Program-made: the position numbers and the translations under genes
Notes under the pieces: generated by a model
Told to the model about the DNA's origin: nothing
Databases searched by the model: none
Seen by the model: only the letters and a program-made list of their open reading frames with translations
Assembly: GCA_045546295.1 (NCBI GenBank)
Contig: JAZQCP010000013.1
Span: 138,152 to 202,151 of the forward strand
Direction: 5' to 3'
DNA from: Candidatus Nanosyncoccaceae bacterium
Lineage (GTDB): Bacteria > Patescibacteriota > Saccharimonadia > Saccharimonadales > Saccharimonadaceae
Length of the DNA: 64,000 bases
Shown here: piece by piece, positions 1 through 9,875 of the stretch
How positions within the stretch are numbered: position 1 is the first letter of the stretch
Layout of the letters: every line of letters begins with the position of its first letter

Positions 1-1
1 C

Positions 2-169
2 GTCGTAGAGACGCCAATTTTCTCAGACGTTGAAAAGACAGTGATTAGCTACCTTCCGAATCTGTTTTATCGAACCCTTGTCCAAGCCGAAGCGGCCGCT
101 GTTTCTGGTATTATTGGCGGTACGGCTAGCCTGACGAGAGAATCGGAGCCGCAACAACACGATAGTTAG
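2..169 (+). CDS. 3' end of a gene truncated by the window edge (unknown product)
   Basis: Frame 2 is open from the window edge to TAG at 167-169 (55 codons ending GIIGGTASLTRESEPQQHDS). No start codon is visible and it is absent from the ORF track. Confidence 0.3.
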   Translation, partial: VVETPIFSDVEKTVISYLPNLFYRTLVQAEAAAVSGIIGGTASLTRESEPQQHDS

Positions 170-207
170 GGCTTAAAATCGAGTCTTAAAAATGCTTTTT
201 GATAGTA

Positions 208-1815
208 TTATTTAAATTTAAATAGTCCTTTAATACTCTTCGAGATAGTGCTCGAGATAGCATTGGTTACCCCACGCTGAACGCCAGTGGTGACAGTCTT
301 TTCGATTTTGCCGCCAATACTATTAGCTCTTTTCTTTGCCTCGAGCGCTTCTTGTTGCTTTTTGATAGCAAGTTGTTGCTTTTCTTCGAGAGTCCTAGCA
401 CGCTCCTCGGCTTTGGCTTGTTTTTCTGCTTCCTTTGCCTGTTTTTCTGCCTCTTTAGCTTCGGCTAGCTTTTGCTTCTCTTCTTCTATGCGTTGTTTTT
501 CCGCTTCGGCGGCGGCGGTTTTTTCTTCGTTGTGTTTAGTAATCTTTTCGTGGGCAGATTCGTTGTCGATAGCTTCGTCGTATTTGCCACAAAGTGGACT
601 GTTGTTGATGACCTTCATGCGGACCATATCGTTGATAGCACCCATGGAGCTTTGGGGCGGTAAGATTGTAACGCGTTCGACGATGGTTGGAGCACCCTTC
701 TCGTCTTGAAAAGAAACAAGCGCTTCGCCAGTGCCGAGCTCGGAAATAGCTTTTTCCGTGTCGAAAGCTTTGTTGGCACGGAAAGCGCCAGCGGCTGCTT
801 TAACGACCTTTAGTTCGCTAGGCGTGTAGGCGCGTAAAGAGTGCTGGACGCGGTTGCCGAGTTGCGAGAGGATGTCGTCCGGAATGTCAGTCGGCTTTTG
901 CGAGATGAAATAAAGACCAATACCGCGTGAACGGATAAGCTTTACGACCTGAATTATTCGCTTGAGGCGATAAGAAGGCATGCCGTTGAAAAGAAGATGT
1001 GCTTCGTCGAAGAAAAATACCATCTTCGGCTTATCTAAGTCGCCAACTTCTGGCGAGGTAGTAAAGAGGGTGTTTAGCAGCCACAGCAAGAATGAGGCAT
1101 AAAGATCGGGACTTTGGAACAATTCGACAGCGTGAAGAATATTGATAACGCCGCGGCCGTCCGTATCGTTCGCAAAGAAGTCTTTAATTTCCAGTGCAGG
1201 CTCGCCGAAGAATTTATCGGCACCCTGCTTTTCTAGCGCAAGGAGGCTGCGTTGGATTACGCCAACGCTTTGAGTGGTGATATTTCCATACTTGGTGATA
1301 TATTTGTCTTTATTTTCAGCTACGTATTGCAAGGTTGAGCGGAGATCGGCGAGATTAATAAGTTGAAGACCTTCGTCTTTTGCGACTTCAAAGACAATAT
1401 CGAGATTTCCCTCTTGCGCCTCAGACAGACCAAGCATCATCGAGAGAATGTCGGCACCTACCGCTTCTACGGTAGCGCGAATAGGGTGACCGTTTTGTCC
1501 GTAAAGATCCCAGAAGCGGACAGGAAAGTTTTTGCATTCGAAGCCGTATTTTTCTAGACCAAGCTTATTGATGCGTTTTTGGATATTTTCGTTGATTTCG
1601 CCTTCAATGGCGGTGCCAGCTAGGTCCCCTTTGACGTCTGCGAGAAAAACTGGCACACCAGCATCGGAAAAACTTTCGGCCATGACTTTTAGCGTGATGG
1701 TTTTGCCGGAGCCGCTTGCTCCCGTTATGAGACCATGGCGGTTTGCCATATTGAGGAGGATTGATGATTCTTGTTTGTCGGATTTGCCGACGAGGATTTT
1801 GTCGTTAGTGTACAT
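208..1815 (-). CDS. HerA/FtsK-like P-loop ATPase (DUF853, YjgR-type) with K/E/A-rich coiled-coil tail
   Basis: 535-aa ORF with Walker A GASGSGKT and Walker B-like MVFFFDEAH. The C-terminal ~100 aa are low-complexity (AEKQAKEAEKQAK). Confidence 0.8.
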   Translation of the reverse strand: MYTNDKILVGKSDKQESSILLNMANRHGLITGASGSGKTITLKVMAESFSDAGVPVFLADVKGDLAGTAIEGEINENIQKRINKLGLEKYGFECKNFPVRFWDLYGQNGHPIRATVEAVGADILSMMLGLSEAQEGNLDIVFEVAKDEGLQLINLADLRSTLQYVAENKDKYITKYGNITTQSVGVIQRSLLALEKQGADKFFGEPALEIKDFFANDTDGRGVINILHAVELFQSPDLYASFLLWLLNTLFTTSPEVGDLDKPKMVFFFDEAHLLFNGMPSYRLKRIIQVVKLIRSRGIGLYFISQKPTDIPDDILSQLGNRVQHSLRAYTPSELKVVKAAAGAFRANKAFDTEKAISELGTGEALVSFQDEKGAPTIVERVTILPPQSSMGAINDMVRMKVINNSPLCGKYDEAIDNESAHEKITKHNEEKTAAAEAEKQRIEEEKQKLAEAKEAEKQAKEAEKQAKAEERARTLEEKQQLAIKKQQEALEAKKRANSIGGKIEKTVTTGVQRGVTNAISSTISKSIKGLFKFK

Positions 1816-1900
1816 AATTAATCTCGCTTAATTGATTATATTGTACCAAAAACGCTAAAAACTAGCGCATGCTACAATAGAAATAGACGAGGAGGTTTTT

Positions 1901-2344
1901 ATGAAAGAAGATAAGAAAGTTATAGGCATCATTGGGCTGGCGGCCGTTGTCGCGTTGGTAGTTATAGCTGTTGTGACTGCAATTAATCTAAATAGGCCTG
2001 CGGAAAGTGGCGTCGAACGAGATTCCAAGATTGGCAGCTTCGTACTAGAAACGAGCGGCGGTGCAGCATATGAGTGGCGATGTACTATAGATGACGATAC
2101 GGTTGCTAAATTTGGGAATGTTAAGAGCAGAAACCTAGATGCAAATAGCGACGGTGGGCGAATTGAGGAAGTGCATGAGGTTATTGCGCTCAAAAAAGGT
2201 AATGCAAAAATTCATTGCGATTACAGTAATATGGTTGAATATGATGGTAAACCAACTGAGAATAGAGATTATTTAGTTAGTGTTGATGACGATCTGGATA
2301 TTAATATAACTGATATTACGGCCGAGCTCCACGAAGATGAATAA
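1901..2344 (+). CDS. membrane-anchored small protein, possibly chagasin-like (I42) peptidase-inhibitor fold
   Basis: 147-aa ORF with GAGGAGG RBS at 1889-1895 and TGcTACAAT -10 at 1870-1878. N-terminal hydrophobic anchor IGIIGLAAVVALVVIAVV. GGAAYEW and SDGGRIEEVHEV..G.AKIHCDY loosely resemble I42 strands. Confidence 0.45.
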   Translation: MKEDKKVIGIIGLAAVVALVVIAVVTAINLNRPAESGVERDSKIGSFVLETSGGAAYEWRCTIDDDTVAKFGNVKSRNLDANSDGGRIEEVHEVIALKKGNAKIHCDYSNMVEYDGKPTENRDYLVSVDDDLDINITDITAELHEDE

Positions 2345-2370
2345 AAAAATCCCCTTTAAGGGGATTTTTT
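2343..2370. terminator. bidirectional intrinsic terminator between convergent genes
   Basis: The 7-bp stem ATCCCCT/AGGGGAT has a 3-nt loop and is flanked by an A-run (2343-2349) and a T-run (2365-2370). Confidence 0.8.
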
Positions 2371-2382
2371 GACGGCTATTTC

Positions 2383-3507
2383 TTAACCGTAGATTGCGCG
2401 TTGTTTGGATAGGTTTTCGTCGGTTGCGGCGGCCGCTTTAATTTGCTTTTCGTTGTTGATTAGGGCTTTCTTAGCGTCGTCGTCTTCCGCGCTCTTCTCT
2501 GTTATGTTTGCTAATGTGTTCGGATCGATTGGTTCGGCGCTATTTAATAAGGCTTCGTTGACGGCGTTTGGGGTAGCCGCGGTTTGGCCAAAGACCATTT
2601 CTGCAATGGAAGCGTTGTCGTCTGTTTCTTGGTCGGCTAGATTATTTGAATTATCTTGCCTTTCGTCGGCCTCAGATTCTTCAGCCTCAATCCTCTCTGC
2701 TTCGCCTAGTAAGTCTTTAGATTTTTCCAATTCGGCCGTAATGTCGGAGGCTCCTTTTTGCATTTTTGCCATTAATTCAGGGTCTTGTACTTGTTGAGCT
2801 GCTTGGTCGAGACTGTCTCTGAGACTATCGGCTTTTTCGATAGATTTTTCAGCCTCACTTTTGTCTATCATGGCGTTTGGGTGGTCGGTAGTCATTTCAA
2901 TGGCGGCTTTTTCGGCCGCTACGCTGGCGCCGGCGGCGGAGACCATTGCGGCGTTAAGGATATTTTCGCTTTCGGTTTTGCCATTAGACTCCCCGGCGGC
3001 AATTTTCGTAGAGAGACCATCGGCGGCGCGTTGTGCCTGTTCTGCGTTAGTAGATGCAGCATCGGCATCGCGAAGAACGGCTTCCTTGCCACCAGGGGCG
3101 TCACTGGAGACGTCTTGCACTAAATTGCTGACGTCTACGTTATTATCATTGATTTGTTCTTCGGCGGCCCGTTCGGTAGCGTTCAAGGTGGTTCGCTGGT
3201 TTTCGTTATCGGCATTAGGTGTACCGTCTATGATTTTCTCCGTTGGCGCAATGGCGTCTACTATTCCAACCGTTGCGGCGGCAGCTACGGCAGCTTCTTG
3301 GCTGGCGACGCCAAATTCTGGTACGTCAGCCATCGCGGCGGCGAAATCTGGTTCCGCTTCTGGTTCTGCGCCGACTTTTTCTCGCCATTCGGCAGCGGCT
3401 TGTTCGCGCGCGGCGATTTCTTCTGCGCTTAATTCTTTTTCAACTCTTTTTCCTTCGAGTGATTCATGGTTTTCAAGTTGACTATCGCTTGTGTAGGCTG
3501 CATACAT
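2383..3507 (-). CDS. acidic Ala/Glu-rich low-complexity protein (unknown function)
   Basis: 374-aa ORF with AGGAGG RBS upstream (reverse complement of 3515-3520). Strongly A/E/D biased with no TM segment. It sits immediately upstream of the DUF3048 gene on the same strand. Confidence 0.6.
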   Translation of the reverse strand: MYAAYTSDSQLENHESLEGKRVEKELSAEEIAAREQAAAEWREKVGAEPEAEPDFAAAMADVPEFGVASQEAAVAAAATVGIVDAIAPTEKIIDGTPNADNENQRTTLNATERAAEEQINDNNVDVSNLVQDVSSDAPGGKEAVLRDADAASTNAEQAQRAADGLSTKIAAGESNGKTESENILNAAMVSAAGASVAAEKAAIEMTTDHPNAMIDKSEAEKSIEKADSLRDSLDQAAQQVQDPELMAKMQKGASDITAELEKSKDLLGEAERIEAEESEADERQDNSNNLADQETDDNASIAEMVFGQTAATPNAVNEALLNSAEPIDPNTLANITEKSAEDDDAKKALINNEKQIKAAAATDENLSKQRAIYG

Positions 3508-3521
3508 TTTCGTGTTCCTCC

Positions 3522-4862
3522 TTATTTTTTCCAGCTTACTCGGCCGCCGACGGTGTTACTATAGATACTTACCCAGGTGTGGCCACGGTTTAATTCGATT
3601 TCGTTATTTTGACTATCAAAGAATTTTAGCTCATCGGTAACATTAGCGCGACGCCAAGTGGCGGGTTGCACGGTACCATTTTGAAAGATATAGGCTTCGC
3701 CGGAGCCAGTAGTTTTATGATCGTAGTACTTTGGTTCACTTGCGCGAGGAGTAGTACTGACTTTCATGGCTACCAATACGTCTGTAGTGATTTGAGATTG
3801 CTGATTATTCTTTTTGCGGTCCATATGTGCACCGCCATAGGCATGTGAGCGATAGTATTTGTTCGTATTGACATCGTATTTCCAAATTGTGTTATAGCTG
3901 TCGTCTCCCGACATGACAATTGTAATATTTGTAGCATTGCGCTCCTGCGGTTCGACAATCGTGTCGGGTTTAATGCGCTTGAAGCCGGAAAATTTTGATT
4001 CACGATAGCCCTTAGCAATATTCCACTTGTCTACATCGGAGAAACTCGTATAAACATTGTGTGGCGCCCAGCGATCGGCGGTGCGGAATACATAAGTGCC
4101 CTCGAACCATCCGCCATCAAGATCGCGATAGCCATTTTGTTTTAGGGTATTGATGGCGTTGGTAGCTCCGCCCACGTGAATGTAGCCGCAGTTGTATGGG
4201 CGAGCGAGTTCGACGAAGGTTTGGCGCGCCGAGCGGATTGGGCCAATCCAAGTTGGTTTTTCGTCTTGATAAAGCGCCATAAAGCGCGTAATGCCGCCTT
4301 CGGCGACGGCTTCATATACGACACCCGCTTCGCTGAGACCAGATTGTGGGCGTGCATCGACGCTGTTTTCGATCATAATGCAAGTTACTTCGGCGACGGC
4401 GGCGTTTTTGTCCTTTGACTCTAAACCAGTAAGAGTGGAATAGTATAGTTCGTCAGCAACGGCGTTTTCTTGTTTAATGTCGCCGAGATTATTTATAGTT
4501 AAAGATGGCTTGAAGAACCATAGCCCACCAAAAACTACGACGGCCAGGATGATGATGGCAGCGAATACTTTAGCGACAGTCCGCTTGATTGATTTATTGC
4601 GAATATCTCTTTCATGTTCTTTTTTGCGCGCTTTTTGTACAGACTTTTTAACGGGTATTTTTTCTTCGTCAATACCTTCAGAATCGTTGATGAAGTCGTC
4701 GATATCTTGATTACTGGAGTCGTCATCATCAAGTGCGTCAGAAGCGGCGTCTTCTTTCGTAAACTCGCTTTGTTTGTAAAGCTTTACAAGCGTATCGTCT
4801 TCTTTGCCCTTTTTGCGAACGTAAATTTTTGAGCCACGATACGGCCGCTTATAACTGTCCAT
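3522..4862 (-). CDS. DUF3048 (YerB-like) membrane-anchored protein
   Basis: 446-aa ORF with a charged N-terminal tail and one TM segment (VFAAIIILAVVVFGGLWFF). The ARPQSGLSEAGVVYEAVAEGGITRFMALY block is typical of DUF3048. Leaderless-type start: TGcTAAACT -10 at 4869-4877, 6 nt spacer, ATG at 4862. Confidence 0.75.
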   Translation of the reverse strand: MDSYKRPYRGSKIYVRKKGKEDDTLVKLYKQSEFTKEDAASDALDDDDSSNQDIDDFINDSEGIDEEKIPVKKSVQKARKKEHERDIRNKSIKRTVAKVFAAIIILAVVVFGGLWFFKPSLTINNLGDIKQENAVADELYYSTLTGLESKDKNAAVAEVTCIMIENSVDARPQSGLSEAGVVYEAVAEGGITRFMALYQDEKPTWIGPIRSARQTFVELARPYNCGYIHVGGATNAINTLKQNGYRDLDGGWFEGTYVFRTADRWAPHNVYTSFSDVDKWNIAKGYRESKFSGFKRIKPDTIVEPQERNATNITIVMSGDDSYNTIWKYDVNTNKYYRSHAYGGAHMDRKKNNQQSQITTDVLVAMKVSTTPRASEPKYYDHKTTGSGEAYIFQNGTVQPATWRRANVTDELKFFDSQNNEIELNRGHTWVSIYSNTVGGRVSWKK

Positions 4863-4889
4863 AATTAAAGTTTAGCATAAGCTAGACAA

Positions 4890-6335
4890 CTAGTCACGTG
4901 CGAAAGCGGTAATCACGGCGTTGAGGCGCGAAATACTGGTATTTTTGCCCAATACGGCAAGCGTATCGTGAAGGGCTGGGCTGAACGGTGCAAAGCTAAC
5001 GCTAAGACGAATAAGACCAAATAACACCATTGGTTTTTGCGAGTTTTCGGCAAGTAAATCGTTTAAAGCGGTCTGTAGGTTGTCGGCGGTCCAATCCTTA
5101 ATATCGCTGAGTTTTGCGGTAGTCTTTCGGAGAAGATCGCAAACTTCATGTTCGGATAGTTTCTTGAGGGCTTTATTTGTCGTAATCATATCCATGTCGA
5201 CTTTGGGATCTTCGAAGAAATAAGTGGTCATGGTTTTGAGGTCGCCTAGCGTTTTGAGGCGATCGTAGATGATACTGAAGATTTTAAAGCGATAGTCTTC
5301 GTCGTAATTTGCAGCGGATGCTGGCCAAAAATCGGCGGTACGTTCAAATAATGCTTTGGCGTCTTCTTCGAATAAGCGACGTATCCATTGGCCATTGAGC
5401 CAGAGAAGTTTTTGTTCATCGTAGCGGGCGCCGGCGCGTTGAATACGGTCAAGCCTGAATTTTTCGATTAAGTCTTGCTTGCCGTAAAGCTCCTGTTCGG
5501 TGCCGTCGTTCCAGCCGAGACAGGCGAGGAAGTTTAGCATGGCTTCTGGCAAAACGCCATCAAGGCGATAATCGTTGGCGGACTTTGCGCCATCGCGTTT
5601 GCCGAGTTTCTTGTTTCCTGTTGGAGCTAGAATGTGTGGTAAGTGGACGAATTTTGGGCGCTCAAGGCCAAAAGCCTCGTAAAGCTCGAGGTAATTACCC
5701 ATGCTAGGGAGGTATTCTTGACCGCGCATGACGTGAGTAACGCCCATGGTGGCGTCGTCGATAATGTGTGCGAAATTGTAGGTTGGAAGACCGTCGGCCT
5801 TGATTAAGATAATGTCATCTTGAGTCTCGGGGCCTAAATGCAAATCGCCATAAACTTCGTCGTGATAATCGTAAGCCTTTGGCTCAGCCTTGAGGCGTAG
5901 CGGAAGGCCAACTTTCCACTCTGGCGTATCTTCTGGGCGATAATTGCGATACAAGAAAGCTTGCTTGTTCTTATTGGCCTCTTCGCGATATTTTGCAACC
6001 TGTTCACTAGAGGTAGGGTCGGCGTAGGCGCGACCTTTCGCGATGAGCTTTTGCGCCCATTCGTAATAGATTTCTTTGCGTTGGGTCTGATAATATGGGC
6101 CATGTTCCCCGCCTCGATCTGGACCTTCGTCCCAATCTAAACCTAGCCAAAGAAGAGTATCTTTTATTAAATCTGTAGCACCCTCAACATAACGGGCCTG
6201 ATCAGTATCCTCGATGCGCAAGATAAATGTGCCATTGTTTTGCTTGGCGACTAGGTATGGATAGATTGCCGAACGAACGTTCCCTATGTGTATATAGCCG
6301 GTCGGCGACGGCGCAAATCGAGTTACTGCTTTCAT
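4890..6335 (-). CDS. gltX: glutamate--tRNA ligase
   Basis: 481 aa with HIGH-type motif PSPTGYIHIGN and KMSKS-type KLGKRDG. Full-length class I GluRS layout. Confidence 0.95.
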   Translation of the reverse strand: MKAVTRFAPSPTGYIHIGNVRSAIYPYLVAKQNNGTFILRIEDTDQARYVEGATDLIKDTLLWLGLDWDEGPDRGGEHGPYYQTQRKEIYYEWAQKLIAKGRAYADPTSSEQVAKYREEANKNKQAFLYRNYRPEDTPEWKVGLPLRLKAEPKAYDYHDEVYGDLHLGPETQDDIILIKADGLPTYNFAHIIDDATMGVTHVMRGQEYLPSMGNYLELYEAFGLERPKFVHLPHILAPTGNKKLGKRDGAKSANDYRLDGVLPEAMLNFLACLGWNDGTEQELYGKQDLIEKFRLDRIQRAGARYDEQKLLWLNGQWIRRLFEEDAKALFERTADFWPASAANYDEDYRFKIFSIIYDRLKTLGDLKTMTTYFFEDPKVDMDMITTNKALKKLSEHEVCDLLRKTTAKLSDIKDWTADNLQTALNDLLAENSQKPMVLFGLIRLSVSFAPFSPALHDTLAVLGKNTSISRLNAVITAFARD

Positions 6336-6385
6336 GATTTATACTATAACATTTTTTTGTCCGCATAGCTATAGAGTGCTTAGTA

Positions 6386-6414
6386 TTGACAAAATTAGCG
6401 TTTGGTGATATAAT
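6386..6414 (+). promoter_or_regulatory. orphan consensus sigma70-type promoter (TTGACA-17-TGaTATAAT)
   Basis: TTGACA at 6386-6391, exactly 17-nt spacer, TG at 6406-6407, TATAAT at 6409-6414. It points away from gltX towards the 3' end of a minus-strand gene, so no plus-strand CDS follows it. Confidence 0.6.
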
Positions 6415-6420
6415 TCCCTT

Positions 6421-6477
6421 TAAGAGGTTCACCTGTTTTAATTATTGTGCCCCTAGCCGTTGCGCTAGGGACTTTTT
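6421..6477 (+). ncRNA. candidate ~57-nt small RNA (promoter-to-terminator unit, no convincing ORF)
   Basis: Predicted TSS about 7 nt after the -10 element. The 7-bp stem CCCTAGC/GCTAGGG (6451-6457/6464-6470) is followed by ACTTTTT. There is no ATG in the interval. Confidence 0.3.
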
Positions 6478-6512
6478 GCGATGTAGACATCATCCTTAGA
6501 TTGCGATAGGCG

Positions 6513-7052
6513 TTATCTGATCTTGGCGTAGATTATTGAATCATAATATTTATCTATAAGATATTGTTCATCGTGTAGTATGGCTTCTTTTGTAAAGTTT
6601 AGCCGTTTCGCAAGGGCTATTGAGGCCTCATTACCTACTGCTGTTCTTATTTCTATTCTGTGCATATTTAGGCTAGCAAAAGCATAATCGATTAAGGCGG
6701 CGACGCATTGTGTTGCGATTCCTTTGCCACGATATAATTTATCGAGCCAATAGCCGAGTTTGCAATTATGGTTTCTTTCGGAGACGTCGTATATTACGAC
6801 GGATCCAACGAATATATTATTGAAAAAGGTATTGTAGCCAAAGATGTGTCCATGATTGAATTCTTTGATTTGGTTTTCGGTAAAAAGACGTACTTGGGTT
6901 GGAAAGAATATATTGTTTGCCCATGGTAGCCAGGGTAAGAGGTGGTCGCGATTTGATTGAATGGTCCTAAATTTTACATCATCAACGTCGTGCGCGAAGC
7001 GTTTTAATGTAATCTCGTCATTGATGACGATTTTTGCGTTCGCTTTTAGCAT
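6513..7052 (-). CDS. GNAT family N-acetyltransferase (RimJ/RimL-like)
   Basis: 179 aa with an acetyl-CoA-binding-type segment (YRGKGIATQCVAALIDYAF) and RimJ/L-like length. Confidence 0.8.
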   Translation of the reverse strand: MLKANAKIVINDEITLKRFAHDVDDVKFRTIQSNRDHLLPWLPWANNIFFPTQVRLFTENQIKEFNHGHIFGYNTFFNNIFVGSVVIYDVSERNHNCKLGYWLDKLYRGKGIATQCVAALIDYAFASLNMHRIEIRTAVGNEASIALAKRLNFTKEAILHDEQYLIDKYYDSIIYAKIR

Positions 7053-7055
7053 ATT

Positions 7056-7835
7056 CTAAACCTTGCGATGAACGTCAACCTGTGGGTATGGAACGCTTAC
7101 TTTGTGCTTTTCGAGGACTTCGAGTGTTTTATGTAAGATGTTGCGTTTAGCGTCGATGCGCTTGCCTTTCTCGCTCTTAGCAAAGAGGCGATATTCTATG
7201 GCGGATTCAGCAAGGCTGTTTACGCCGCGATATTGACAATCGACTACGAAATCTAGCTCACGAGAAGCTTCAGCAACCTCGGCCATGATTTTCTCGGCGT
7301 CGGAGAGCTTTAGCTCGTACGGGAGCGGAATGTTAAGATTGATAGTAGTGGCGGAAACTTCGGCTTTTTCGATATTTCGGTTGGCGATGGAAATAATATT
7401 GCCAGTGAGGCCATCTTTAAGCTTAGTAGAACGGATGCCAGAATAGACCACTGTGCCGCTGTCGGAACCAATAGTGACATAATCGCCCATTTTGAAGTAG
7501 TCCTCTGAGATGATGGAGATGCCACGAATGATGTCTTTTAGAGTGTCCTGAACGGCAAGACCGATTGCAACGGAAGCTACTCCGACGCCTGCGAGGAGAC
7601 CGTCTACATTGACGCCGTTTATGCGTAAAATGAATAGTGCTACCAGTACAATGTAAGCCATGCGTGCAAAACTGCCAACCATAGCTGCATAGGTGTTGCG
7701 CTCTTTGTTCTTGTCGCGCTGAAAAGCCTTTTTGAAGGGTATCTTGATAATCTGATAAAAGATTATGGCGACGATGATCGTAACGCCGCTTGATACGATA
7801 TTTTCCCAGTTAATATGCTTGATGATGTCACCCAT
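7056..7835 (-). CDS. small-conductance mechanosensitive channel (MscS family)
   Basis: 259 aa with 3 N-terminal TM segments followed by the MscS beta-domain signature (FKMGDYVTIGSDSGTVV). Confidence 0.85.
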   Translation of the reverse strand: MGDIIKHINWENIVSSGVTIIVAIIFYQIIKIPFKKAFQRDKNKERNTYAAMVGSFARMAYIVLVALFILRINGVNVDGLLAGVGVASVAIGLAVQDTLKDIIRGISIISEDYFKMGDYVTIGSDSGTVVYSGIRSTKLKDGLTGNIISIANRNIEKAEVSATTINLNIPLPYELKLSDAEKIMAEVAEASRELDFVVDCQYRGVNSLAESAIEYRLFAKSEKGKRIDAKRNILHKTLEVLEKHKVSVPYPQVDVHRKV

Positions 7836-7838
7836 TTT

Positions 7839-9815
7839 TTATCCTTTCTTGTGATTAAGTGCAGTTTTGATGTCTTCAATTTGATCGCGAAGCTCGGCGG
7901 CGCGTTCAAACTCGAGATTGGCGGCGGCAAGTTGCATTTGCGATGATAGCTCTTTGATGATTTGCGGCAACTCTTCATGCGGGATTTTGCGCAGATCGAG
8001 TTTTTTGCTTTTTTCTTTTTCTGGAATGATAGCGCGGAGACCTTCGCTAATCTCCTTAGCTACAGAACGCGGCGTGATGTGATGTTCTTCGTTATATTTT
8101 TGCTGAATTTCGCGACGGCGATAGGTTTCTTCAATGGCACGCTGCATACTGCCAGTCATATTGTCGGCATACATGATAACTTTTCCTTCTACGTGACGGG
8201 CGGCGCGGCCAATAGTCTGGACGAGCGCAGATTCGGAGCGTAGAAAACCTTCTTTATCGGCATCAAGAATAGCTACAAGTGATACTTCTGGCAGATCGAG
8301 ACCTTCGCGAAGTAGATTAATACCGACTAGCACGTCGTAGGTGCCGTTGCGAAGGTCGCGAAGAATATCGCCGCGCTCAAGAGTGTCGATGTCGCTGTGG
8401 ATATAGGCGGTTTTGATGCCGAGCTCGAGGAGATGCTCAGACAAATCTTCAGCCATGCGTTTGGTGAGTGTCGTGACGAGTACGCGTTGCCGTTTGGCGA
8501 TTCGTTGGTCGATTTCTTCTACTAAATCGTCAATCTGGTTGTCGCTGGGGCGAACTTCGATTTCTGGATCAAGTAAGCCAGTTGGGCGAATGACCTGTTC
8601 GGCGGGCGTTGGTGAATGCTGGAGTTCGTATTCGCCCGGTGTGGCGGACACGTAGATTACTTGGTTGATGTGGCGGTCAAACTCGGCAAAAGTAAGTGGG
8701 CGGTTATCTAGAGCGCTAGGTAAACGGAAACCGTACTCGACTAAGGTTTCTTTGCGTGCGCGATCGCCATTAAACATACCGCGGACTTGTGGAAGGGTCA
8801 TATGAGATTCGTCGATTAGCATAAGATAATCTTCTGGGAAGAAATCTAACAGAGTGGCTGGTGGCTGTCCTTGGACGCGACCATCAAGGTGTCGCGAATA
8901 ATTTTCAATTCCCTTAACGAAGCCAGTAGTTTCGAGCATTTCTAGGTCATATTTAATACGCTGGCTGAGGCGTTGTGCTTCTAGATACTTATGCTCGGCG
9001 TTGAAGAATTTGAGTCGTTCCTCGTATTCGGCGCGAATTTTGCGAATAGCTAAGTCGAGCGATTCTTTTGGTGTAGCGTAGTGGGTGTTTGGGAAGATGC
9101 CAATTTCTTCCGGCTCGGCAAGCACTTCGGCCGTGAGCGGATCAATTACCTTGATGCGTTCTAGTTGGTCGAAGCCGAATTCGAGCCGATATGCGCGATC
9201 GCCGGATGCGGGAAAGACGTCGATGGTGTCACCGCGAACGCGGAAGTTGCCGCGCTCAAAGGCGATATCGTTGCGGTGATATTGAATTTCGCTGAGTAGC
9301 TTGATAAAAAGTGACATATCGCGTTGTTCGCCTTTAGCTAGTCGGATAGCCATCGCTTTGTAATGCTCTGGAGAACCGATGCCATAGATGCAGGATACTG
9401 AGGCAACAATTAAGGTATCACGACGCGTCAATAGTGCTTCAGTGGCGCCATGGCGAAGGCGATCGATTTCCTCATTAATAGCGGAATCTTTTTCAATATA
9501 AGTGTCTGTACTGGCGATATAGGCTTCAGGTTGATAGTAGTCAAAATAAGATACGAAATAATGAACTTCATTTTCTGGAAAGAATTCGCGGAATTCCGAA
9601 TATAGCTGAGCAGCAAGGGTTTTATTATGCGCCAAAATCAGGGTTGGGCGATTGTATTTTTCAATAATGTTCGCCATCGTAAAAGTTTTGCCAGAACCCG
9701 TAACACCGAGTAAGGTTTGTTCGCGTCTTCCCTGCTTTAAACCATTAAGCAAGGTTTCAATTGCTTGCGGTTGGTCGCCAGTGGGTTGGTATTTACTGTG
9801 TAATTTGAAATTCAT
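7839..9815 (-). CDS. uvrB: excinuclease ABC subunit B
   Basis: [20 protein letters not shown], helicase motifs, and a C-terminal UVR domain ([12 protein letters not shown]). Start trimmed to ATG at 9815 ([11 protein letters not shown]), which matches UvrB N-termini. TATAAT lies 9 nt upstream. Confidence 0.95.
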   Translation of the reverse strand: MNFKLHSKYQPTGDQPQAIETLLNGLKQGRREQTLLGVTGSGKTFTMANIIEKYNRPTLILAHNKTLAAQLYSEFREFFPENEVHYFVSYFDYYQPEAYIASTDTYIEKDSAINEEIDRLRHGATEALLTRRDTLIVASVSCIYGIGSPEHYKAMAIRLAKGEQRDMSLFIKLLSEIQYHRNDIAFERGNFRVRGDTIDVFPASGDRAYRLEFGFDQLERIKVIDPLTAEVLAEPEEIGIFPNTHYATPKESLDLAIRKIRAEYEERLKFFNAEHKYLEAQRLSQRIKYDLEMLETTGFVKGIENYSRHLDGRVQGQPPATLLDFFPEDYLMLIDESHMTLPQVRGMFNGDRARKETLVEYGFRLPSALDNRPLTFAEFDRHINQVIYVSATPGEYELQHSPTPAEQVIRPTGLLDPEIEVRPSDNQIDDLVEEIDQRIAKRQRVLVTTLTKRMAEDLSEHLLELGIKTAYIHSDIDTLERGDILRDLRNGTYDVLVGINLLREGLDLPEVSLVAILDADKEGFLRSESALVQTIGRAARHVEGKVIMYADNMTGSMQRAIEETYRRREIQQKYNEEHHITPRSVAKEISEGLRAIIPEKEKSKKLDLRKIPHEELPQIIKELSSQMQLAAANLEFERAAELRDQIEDIKTALNHKKG

Positions 9816-9834
9816 CTGTTTTAGATTATATATC

Positions 9835-9861
9835 AAAAACCACCCTCGTTGAGGGTGGTTT
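9835..9861 (-). terminator. intrinsic terminator after the DUF5684 gene
   Basis: The 9-bp stem ACCACCCTC/GAGGGTGGT has a 3-nt loop, with a T-run on the minus strand (reverse complement of 9835-9839). Confidence 0.8.
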
Positions 9862-9875
9862 GGATGCTTACGCTG

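Noticed and set aside
287-709. 140-aa and 63-aa plus-strand ORFs antisense to the HerA-like gene tail
   Set aside because: They lie opposite a low-complexity K/E/A-coding region and translate to S/A/C/F-rich nonsense with no RBS or promoter. This is a typical antisense artefact.
208-1815. HerA-like ATPase as the VirB4/VirD4 motor of a type IV secretion system
   Set aside because: Its motifs and size fit the DUF853/YjgR type. It is 12 kb and 42 kb from the pilin-like and VirB6-like candidates, and there are no other T4SS genes beside it.
2405-3593. Several plus-strand ORFs (up to 206 aa) antisense to the acidic Ala/Glu-rich gene
   Set aside because: These are compositional artefacts of GC-rich repetitive coding sequence. 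The minus-strand ORF has an AGGAGG RBS and operon context.
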